Assembly (NCBI GenBank): GCA_040387415.1
Contig: JAZKDU010000015.1
Span: 56,166-120,165, forward strand
Direction of reading: 5' to 3'
DNA length: 64,000 nt
Origin: Bacteroidota bacterium
Lineage (GTDB): Bacteria; Bacteroidota; Bacteroidia; 2-12-FULL-35-15
The notes beneath the pieces were generated by a model. That model was not told where the DNA came from and made no database searches. It saw only the letters and a program-made list of their open reading frames with translations. Shown piece by piece: positions 29,201-36,287 of this stretch. The stretch's first letter is position 1, and every line of letters begins with the position of its first letter. Position numbers and translations under genes: made by a program.

Positions 29201-30781
29201 TTAATGGCCTGATACCCCTTTAAATGCAGGAATCTCTTTCAGTTCCATGTTTATATTTTTTAATATTGCGGTGTTATTTTTAAAATCATGTATGATCTCA
29301 ATAACATCCATATCTATATTCCTTGATTTACTTCCATCTATTAATACGTTTGAACCTTCTGGTAATTGTTCAAGTGTGAGCACAATGCTTCCCTTATTAA
29401 GAAAGGATACATCCTCAGCCAACCGGATAACTATTTTATCCTTTCCTTCTTTTTCTTCTTCAATATGGAAGAAATAAGCAAGCTTATAGCTGTTACGCAG
29501 AATAATAAATGCCGAAACAATCATTCCTGCAGCAATACCTTTTAACAGATCCGAAAACTGAATAGCAACAACCGTAACAATAAAAGGTAAAAACTGCTCC
29601 CAGCCTAATTTATACATGGTGGTGAATAATGAAACTTTTGCAAGTTTATATCCTACAAGCAATAATACAGCTGCAAGACAAGCCAAAGGAATTTTGTTTA
29701 GCACCGATGCCAGGCCAACTACACTCACCAATAAAAGCAAGCCATGAAAAATAGACGCGAGCTTTGTTTTACCCCCAGAGTTAACATTGGCTGAACTACG
29801 CACAATTACTGCAGTTAATGGTAATCCGCCAATTAAACCGGACACCATGTTTCCTAAACCCTGTGCTTTTAATTCCCGATTGGTTGGAGTGCTTCTTTTA
29901 AAAGGATCCAGCTTATCAGCTGCTTCAATACTAAGAAGTGATTCCAAACTGGCAATAACAGCAATAGTTAAAGCAACTACATATACGTGATAGTTACCAA
30001 ATGCAGTAAAATCAGGTAATGTGAATTGATTGATAAAACCCGTTGCTGAATCAGCCACAGGTAAACGTACCAGCTTCTCCCCTGTTAATAAAAATTCAGG
30101 GATATACGCTCTATACATTTCATTCATCAAAACGCCCAATATTACTACTATCAAAGCACCCGGAACAAACTTGAAGAAGGCATATTTCTTCAATACCGGG
30201 CGGTCCCAGAGAATTAAAACCAGCAGCGAAATAACACTTACAATAATGGCACCGGGATGCAGAAAGTTAACAGAATTAAAAATTTCCGAAATGGTGTTTT
30301 GTCCATCCACCTGAAAAAAGTCAAAATCTCCTTCGTTGTCTTTATCATACCCTAATGCGTGCGGTATTTGCTTCAGAATTAAAATAATACCAATTGCAGC
30401 AAGCATCCCTTTAATTACGCTGGAAGGGAAATAATAGGCAATAATCCCTGCTTTTAAATACCCTAGTGCAATTTGAATTAATCCTGCTAAAACTACTGCC
30501 AGCAAAAATGTTTCGTAACTGCCTAACTGTGTAATAGCGTTTAGTACAATAACCGTTAAACCTGCTGCAGGCCCGCTAACGCTCAGTGCAGATCCGCTTG
30601 TAAAAGCAACTACAGTACCGCCAACAATTCCGGCTATAATTCCGGAAAACAAGGGTGCTCCGGAAGCCAATGCAATCCCAAGACATAAAGGTAATGCAAC
30701 TAAAAAAACTACTAGTCCGGCAGGCAAATCATTTTTAATATAAGCGAAGCTTAATTCTTTGGTTGGTTTGTTTAAAAGCAT
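29201..30781 (-). CDS. SulP-family anion transporter with C-terminal STAS domain (bicarbonate/sulfate permease type)
   Basis: 526 aa, polytopic membrane protein with STAS-like C-terminus. Stop is 15 bp upstream of the carbonic anhydrase start. Confidence 0.9.
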   Translation of the reverse strand: MLLNKPTKELSFAYIKNDLPAGLVVFLVALPLCLGIALASGAPLFSGIIAGIVGGTVVAFTSGSALSVSGPAAGLTVIVLNAITQLGSYETFLLAVVLAGLIQIALGYLKAGIIAYYFPSSVIKGMLAAIGIILILKQIPHALGYDKDNEGDFDFFQVDGQNTISEIFNSVNFLHPGAIIVSVISLLVLILWDRPVLKKYAFFKFVPGALIVVILGVLMNEMYRAYIPEFLLTGEKLVRLPVADSATGFINQFTLPDFTAFGNYHVYVVALTIAVIASLESLLSIEAADKLDPFKRSTPTNRELKAQGLGNMVSGLIGGLPLTAVIVRSSANVNSGGKTKLASIFHGLLLLVSVVGLASVLNKIPLACLAAVLLLVGYKLAKVSLFTTMYKLGWEQFLPFIVTVVAIQFSDLLKGIAAGMIVSAFIILRNSYKLAYFFHIEEEKEGKDKIVIRLAEDVSFLNKGSIVLTLEQLPEGSNVLIDGSKSRNIDMDVIEIIHDFKNNTAILKNINMELKEIPAFKGVSGH

Positions 30782-30891
30782 AGTAATATCAGAAAATAAT
30801 TAATGAAAATAAACTTCCGGGTAAGCGGACGTTAATACGATAATGAATGTTTTTTTAGTGGATTACTACAAAGCGTAGCCTTGCAGTTAAA

Positions 30892-31293
30892 TTAAATTAC
30901 AGTGTACTCTGGGGGCGAATATACTGTTTGACTATAATCTGATGTGGAAAAAATAAAATCACCCGATCGGATATAATTTAAGTGGTTGAAGGAGGCTAAC
31001 CTGCAGTGATCAAGATTAAATAAATTTTCTGAGAACTCTTTTTTTTCCTTTTCATCCGATTTTTCTGATTCAGAATCTTCCTCACCTTCAAAGTCTGATA
31101 AGTCTGTAACAATTCCATTAGTTATTTTTTTTGTGAAATAACTAATGGTTTCATTGCTGAAGACAAATAAGAATAAAATAAGCAAGCAATATGTTACAAC
31201 TTTTTTCAAAATCAGTTTGTTCGGTTTTTGCAAAGGTGCAAAAAAAAAGTGCCATTTTTTAGAAAAAATCAACAGTTTAGCATTTTTTAACAA
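30892..31293 (-). CDS. Hypothetical small protein with hydrophobic segment and acidic tract, upstream of SulP
   Basis: ORF only; acidic DLSDFEGEEDSESEKSDEKEKKE stretch. May be non-coding. Confidence 0.3.
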   Translation of the reverse strand: MLKNAKLLIFSKKWHFFFAPLQKPNKLILKKVVTYCLLILFLFVFSNETISYFTKKITNGIVTDLSDFEGEEDSESEKSDEKEKKEFSENLFNLDHCRLASFNHLNYIRSGDFIFSTSDYSQTVYSPPEYTVI

Positions 31294-31421
31294 ATAGTGA
31301 AGGTGTTAAAACCTGGGTAAAAACAGCTCTAAAAAGCACAGAATAAATTTCCTAAAGTAAACGTAATATTACCTTAATGTAAAAGTCTCATTACTAATAT
31401 ACTTTAGCCGTTCATTCAACA

Positions 31422-32111
31422 ATGTTAATGAACAACCCGGCTTTTAAAATATTAATTATTGATACGGATACCGAACTAGTTTCGTCTATGGGTGCAGCTT
31501 TGCAGATGGAGGGCCTTTGTGTAATTACATCTTCAAAATCACGCGAAGCTATTCAGCTTGCAATTGCGCAGCAACCTCATCTTATTTTAGTTGAGCTGCT
31601 AATGCCGGAACTGGATGGCATAGACATCTGTATAGAGCTAAGGCACCAACCTGATTTGTTACACACCCTCATTGTATTTTATACCGAACGCAATGAGGAT
31701 TATTCTCAAATAGCTGCTTTTAATGCCGGAGCTGATGACTACATTATTAAACCGGTTAAAATGAGAGTACTGAAAAGCAGGTTAAAGGCAATGTTGAAAC
31801 GCCACCCTATAAATCAGGATAAAGTCATTAAAAATGATGGTATTGGCCTAGTCATTGACCGCGAGCGATACCTGGTTTTTAAGGATGGGGAAGAAATTGT
31901 GTTGCCGAGAAAAGAATTTGAATTGCTTGCTTTACTTTCAGCTTCGCCAAGGAAAGTTTTTACCCGAAAGGAAATCTCACAGTTAATCTGGGGATACGAA
32001 TTTGTGGCGAAAAACAGAACCATTGATGTTCATATTCTTAAAATCCGTGAAAAACTGGGTGATAAATACGTAAAGACAATAAAAGGCGTTGGATATTGCC
32101 TGGAAGGTTAA
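31422..32111 (+). CDS. OmpR/PhoB-family response regulator with Glu in place of the phospho-acceptor Asp (atypical, orphan)
   Basis: REC + winged-helix domains. Acceptor motif reads LILVELLMPELDG, with a gag codon at 31593-31595 where LILLDxxMP is canonical. The N-terminal acidic pocket is also altered (IDTDTE). Conserved T (FYT) and K (IIKP) are present. Confidence 0.85.
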   Translation: MLMNNPAFKILIIDTDTELVSSMGAALQMEGLCVITSSKSREAIQLAIAQQPHLILVELLMPELDGIDICIELRHQPDLLHTLIVFYTERNEDYSQIAAFNAGADDYIIKPVKMRVLKSRLKAMLKRHPINQDKVIKNDGIGLVIDRERYLVFKDGEEIVLPRKEFELLALLSASPRKVFTRKEISQLIWGYEFVAKNRTIDVHILKIREKLGDKYVKTIKGVGYCLEG

Positions 32112-32161
32112 ACCTTTATAATTCTGAATTTATTATAAAGCTGTTTTTAATTTTATTGATT

Positions 32162-32279
32162 TTTCTTGTTACTGTTTCAAACTTCTTTGACTAAACTCGG
32201 ACTGGCAGCGCGCGGTCATATTGAGCTTGTAGAAATATTGAGGCTGAATTTTGTAGAATTTTTTTTTAAAATTTAAACC
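32162..32279 (-). repeat. Copy A of a duplicated ~118-bp intergenic element carrying a 16-codon ORF (MTARCQSEFSQRSLKQ, minus strand)
   Basis: About 80% identical to 34332-34451 by direct alignment. Conserved ATG and stop at the same positions in both copies. Confidence 0.7.
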
Positions 32280-32283
32280 GATT

Positions 32284-32754
32284 CTATAAATTATCGTAAT
32301 TTTTTTCGCTGGTAATTTTTCCGTTTTCATCCCACATGGTCCAGTTTCCTTTTTTTTCGCCCATTGCATAAATCATTTCGTAACGTTTAGTTCCATTGTT
32401 ATCCCAAACCAGCCAGGTTCCATTTTTTTTACCGAAAATATAAAACGCTTCTGCAATTTTTTTCCCTGCTTCATCCCAGCGAAGCCATTGTCCGTTTTTT
32501 TCATTATCAGTAAAAGTGCCAGTTTCCATTACATTTCCATTCTCATAGTAATAAGTGATCATTCCATTCACTTTACCATTTGCAACAGCAAATACTGATT
32601 TTTTACTTCCCGCTTTAAAATAAGAAGTATAATAACCTGAATACAAGCCCCCGTTATCAGTGTAATAAATACCTTCTTTTAAAATTATATTTTGAGCGTT
32701 TACCCCGCAAGCCAATGTGAGACTTACAATAAGTAATAAAATTATTTTTTTCAT
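32284..32754 (-). CDS. MORN-variant repeat lipoprotein ('YwqK-family antitoxin'-type repeats)
   Basis: Signal peptide plus lipobox-like LACG. Repeats of YYENG..E.G.F.DG.K.G.W. Confidence 0.75.
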   Translation of the reverse strand: MKKIILLLIVSLTLACGVNAQNIILKEGIYYTDNGGLYSGYYTSYFKAGSKKSVFAVANGKVNGMITYYYENGNVMETGTFTDNEKNGQWLRWDEAGKKIAEAFYIFGKKNGTWLVWDNNGTKRYEMIYAMGEKKGNWTMWDENGKITSEKNYDNL

Positions 32755-32833
32755 AGCTTCAGTGTTTTACAATGATGATTGTATTACGCAAAGAAATAAA
32801 AAAAGGTTTTAATACAGAAGTTAAACGCCCATA

Positions 32834-32877
32834 AAAACACCTGAATGTTAAGTTAATGTAAAGTCAACAGGTGTTTT
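32834..32877 (-). terminator. Terminator hairpin downstream of the small CarbopepD gene
   Basis: aacacctg-(24-nt loop)-caggtgtt, with a T-run on the minus strand. Confidence 0.45.
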
Positions 32878-32958
32878 AACTGAATTGACTCCATAAAATA
32901 AAAAAAGCCTCCAGCAATTCAATGCAGCAAGGCTTTGGAGCGATGTATTATTTTGTAT

Positions 32959-33282
32959 TTAGTTCGACTCTAATTCAACTAGTATTTCACCAAAATTATG
33001 AGAGTCGATATTAACTTTAACGTCATTATAAGAAACTGAAGTAATCAAGGCTTCGGTTTTTCCCGTTTGGATGCTTGCCATAAAGTTTCCATTTAAGTCG
33101 GAATAAATAATTTTGTCATTAATGCTGATCTTAGCTCCAGCTATTTCTTCCCCGCTTATTTTATCGATCACTTTCCCTGTAATCAGTCTTTTATTCTCCT
33201 TCTCCTTGTTATTACCATTGCTGCCTGCAATAGCGACACTGCCTATGAAAATTAAAAAAAAAGTGGTAATATATATTCTCAT
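32959..33282 (-). CDS. Small secreted carboxypeptidase-regulatory-like (CarbopepD_reg) domain protein
   Basis: Signal peptide and GKVIDKISGEEIAGAKISIND...SDLNGNF, a CarbopepD_reg-like beta-sandwich. 107 aa. Confidence 0.6.
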   Translation of the reverse strand: MRIYITTFFLIFIGSVAIAGSNGNNKEKENKRLITGKVIDKISGEEIAGAKISINDKIIYSDLNGNFMASIQTGKTEALITSVSYNDVKVNIDSHNFGEILVELESN

Positions 33283-33368
33283 TTATGGTGGATTTATACT
33301 TCAAAAGTATCATGTAAATCCATTGGGGAAGTTATTCGAAATTTAACAGTATATGAAGATTACATTAA

Positions 33369-33770
33369 CTATGTTAAATTAATATTATTAGCTGCGGTGA
33401 GAATGTTTCGTCTCTGAAATAAAAAAACAAACTCATTATCGCTATAGGTTTTATTCTGTAGCAGGCTTTTTACAACAAGGTGTTCGGAAGTTTGCAGGTT
33501 TAAATAGTCTTCCAATTTAATCAAACCTGGAAGTACAGCTTTTTTAAAATATTTCATTTTAATTTGCTCACCAAACAATTCCTGTTCATTTTCAGGATCG
33601 GATGTAGTCACCACAATCAGATCAGGCGCAGTATCTTTTGCCTTTGACAAGGCCTCCTGCAAACTGGAAGATTTTAATATCTGAAAACCATTTCTGGTCA
33701 GATTTACCGCAACATGTTCGATTTCATCAATTTGGTCGAACACTAACAAAATACGATTCATACTTTTCAT
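33369..33770 (-). CDS. Degenerate (pseudo-)receiver domain protein
   Basis: Receiver-like fold, but the acceptor position reads PDLIVVTTSDPE (Thr where Asp is expected). Confidence 0.55.
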   Translation of the reverse strand: MKSMNRILLVFDQIDEIEHVAVNLTRNGFQILKSSSLQEALSKAKDTAPDLIVVTTSDPENEQELFGEQIKMKYFKKAVLPGLIKLEDYLNLQTSEHLVVKSLLQNKTYSDNEFVFLFQRRNILTAANNINLT

Positions 33771-33786
33771 TTCAAGAATATAAAAA

Positions 33787-34176
33787 TTAAACTACTTTAT
33801 CCATGTCAATAATTACATGACTTATTATTTCAAAAAGATTTTCAAACTTAATTGGCTTGGATATAAATTGATCGGCACCGGATAAAAATGCGTACAACAC
33901 CTTATAATCATCATTAACAGCGGTAAGGAAAAGAAAAGGTATGGCATTTAACCTGGGAATTTTCCTGATAGTTTTACACATTTCAATTCCATCCATTTCG
34001 GGCATAAGAACATCCGAAATAATTATTTGCGGATACTCAATCTGCGCTTGTTTAATTCCTTCTAATCCATTATTTGCTGTTATTACAATGAAGCCTTTTT
34101 TTCGAAAATTGTATGAAAGAAATTCAAGAATGTCCGGCTCATCGTCAACAATCAAAATTTTTATTGGTGTTTTCAT
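33787..34176 (-). CDS. Single-domain response regulator (canonical receiver)
   Basis: LIVDDEPD, IISDVLMPEMDG, LTA, KP motifs all present. Confidence 0.85.
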   Translation of the reverse strand: MKTPIKILIVDDEPDILEFLSYNFRKKGFIVITANNGLEGIKQAQIEYPQIIISDVLMPEMDGIEMCKTIRKIPRLNAIPFLFLTAVNDDYKVLYAFLSGADQFISKPIKFENLFEIISHVIIDMDKVV

Positions 34177-34268
34177 AATTTATCAATAGAAAAGTATATA
34201 CCAAAAACCCTGTATATAGTCTGTGATTGTTAAGAAATAGTTAACTTAAGGTTATGTTTATAAAATAA

Positions 34269-34300
34269 AACACCCGCTCCTAATAGACACGGGTGCTTTA
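34269..34300 (-). terminator. Terminator hairpin (mainly minus-strand) downstream of copy B of the small-ORF element
   Basis: cacccg-ctcctaatagaca-cgggtg, followed by a T-run on the minus strand. Confidence 0.4.
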
Positions 34301-34331
34301 TTACATTAAGAAACTGTTTAAATATTGCTAT

Positions 34332-34451
34332 TTTTTTGTTATCGCTTCCCACTTCTTCGACTAAGCTCAGACTCACAGCGTGCGGTCATATGAGCGTGTT
34401 GAAATATGTGGGCTGAATTTATACCTGTAGAATTTTTTTATAAATTTAAAC
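34332..34451 (-). repeat. Copy B of the duplicated ~118-bp element with 16-codon ORF (MTARCESELSRRSGKR)
   Basis: Aligned by eye to 32162-32279. Both copies lie immediately 3' of minus-strand genes. Confidence 0.7.
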
Positions 34452-34471
34452 AGACTGTCATTTAAAAATGT

Positions 34472-36124
34472 TTATTTAGCTACTACAAATTTTACTGTCT
34501 TGCTAAAATTGTCTGAACTAATAGTAGTAAAATAAATACCAGATGTTAAAGCACTGGTATTAACTTTAACTGAATTCATGCCTGTATTCATTTCTCCTGC
34601 AAATACATTTACAAGAGCCTTTCCAGTAATATCATAAATGATTATCATAACTTTTTCTGCAGTTTTTAAACTAACATTCATTGTAGCATCATTGGTTACC
34701 GGATTTGGATATAAACCAATTGTTGCGTTATCATTTCCCTTTTCGTTTATACCCGAAGTTACACTCCCCCCAAGTTTAGGATGACTAAATGAAGCGCCCG
34801 AAGCGGCTAATGATGTAGATTGCAGACGATAATCAGGTGTGGACGATAAAGAAGAAGGAAAACCATTCACCCATGCAATTTCCGCTGTCGTTTTTGTTGA
34901 ATCGTTTACATCAGCTGAAAAAATTGTGTTGTACACAGCAAGAGTAATATTTGCATCTAAAATGATTGCCTGATCAATATCAGAAGCGATTAAATTATTT
35001 GCAAACACTGCTGAATCATTCATAGTAAAATTATCAACTGTGCCGGCATCTTTTAAATATACTCCTTTTTGCCAGGAAGCAGCAACAGAATTAAATATGG
35101 AGATGGAAGAATTTCTGCGGATATAAAAAGCTCTTTCAAATTTTTCTCCGGCAGGTAATGTTATAGTACCATTGCGTAATGGCCCCACATTGGTAATGTT
35201 TGAAAAAACCGCTTGTGTTCTTGGCAAATTAGCTGTTCCTGTTGCATCGTTATCCGATTCAAAACCATTTGAATCACCTGCAGCATCTGATAAATCAGGA
35301 TCTCTTACGATTAAACCAAACTGTACACGGCCTCTGTAGCCGAAATCTGTATCAAAATCATCATCTGTTCCGCGGAAAGCTATTAAATATTTAGCATCAA
35401 CTGTTCCTCCAAACCACTCGAAACTGTCGTCTCCGGAAAATGATATTTGTATATGGTCTACTTTTGTTTTTGAACCTACCGATCCGAACGTTAAACCGTT
35501 AATTTCCTTATTCGGTTGAAACGCAATTCCAGGAAATTCAATGCGTACATAGGAAAACACTCCTGAACTGTCCTGATCATTAGACCCTCCATATTCACTA
35601 TTTGTGGAAACAACGATACCTTCAATATTCGCAACACCACCCGGTTGATTGTGTGTGGCACTCCCTAGTATTACAACGCCTCCCCAATCACCTTCAGCTC
35701 TTGAACCAACAGCTTCGCTGGAAGTAAACACAATCGGGTTACTGGAAGTTCCTTGTGCTATTATTTTAGCACCTTTTGAAATAAGCAATGTACCTTGTGT
35801 AGCCTTATCTCCACGGATAACAACACCTGGTTGAATGGTCAGCACTGCGTTATTTTTTACATAAATTTTATTTTCTAACAATACAATTGTGCCTGTTGTC
35901 CAGGTTGTATTTGCTGTAATATCAGCATTAACTGTGGTTGTGGGAGCTCCATAAGCTGCATTTTCAGGATCAAAGTTTGACCAGCCACTCGTCCAGTCCG
36001 ATGCTGTAGTATTATCAGTTACTGGAAACGCTCCTTTATAAGAAGTTGTTGTCCAGAAAGTTGTTTGTGCGTTTAGTGAACCGCCTATCAAGCTTGCCAA
36101 TGCCAGTTTGTAAATTTTCTTCAT
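34472..36124 (-). CDS. T9SS C-terminal-sorting-domain secreted protein with parallel beta-helix-like body
   Basis: Signal peptide, Gly/Ser/Thr-rich repeats typical of a beta-helix. C-terminal LYPNPV...GIYFTTI Por CTD. Confidence 0.8.
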   Translation of the reverse strand: MKKIYKLALASLIGGSLNAQTTFWTTTSYKGAFPVTDNTTASDWTSGWSNFDPENAAYGAPTTTVNADITANTTWTTGTIVLLENKIYVKNNAVLTIQPGVVIRGDKATQGTLLISKGAKIIAQGTSSNPIVFTSSEAVGSRAEGDWGGVVILGSATHNQPGGVANIEGIVVSTNSEYGGSNDQDSSGVFSYVRIEFPGIAFQPNKEINGLTFGSVGSKTKVDHIQISFSGDDSFEWFGGTVDAKYLIAFRGTDDDFDTDFGYRGRVQFGLIVRDPDLSDAAGDSNGFESDNDATGTANLPRTQAVFSNITNVGPLRNGTITLPAGEKFERAFYIRRNSSISIFNSVAASWQKGVYLKDAGTVDNFTMNDSAVFANNLIASDIDQAIILDANITLAVYNTIFSADVNDSTKTTAEIAWVNGFPSSLSSTPDYRLQSTSLAASGASFSHPKLGGSVTSGINEKGNDNATIGLYPNPVTNDATMNVSLKTAEKVMIIIYDITGKALVNVFAGEMNTGMNSVKVNTSALTSGIYFTTISSDNFSKTVKFVVAK

Positions 36125-36287
36125 TTGTTCTCGATTTATTTAGTTTTATTTTTTGACAAAACTACAATCGTTGTGTTGTGGTATAATTAAGCGCAGGTTG
36201 TATGTTTCTTACTTAATCTTTAATTTAATGTTAAGTGGAAAGAAGAAAAAATCTGATGGGCTGGGATTCTGAGAGTCAAAAGGTTCT

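Noticed and set aside
32169-32369. 66-aa ORF on the minus strand overlapping repeat copy A
   Set aside because: Only its last 16 codons are conserved in copy B, where the frame is closed upstream. The conserved unit is the 16-codon ORF, not the 66-aa extension.
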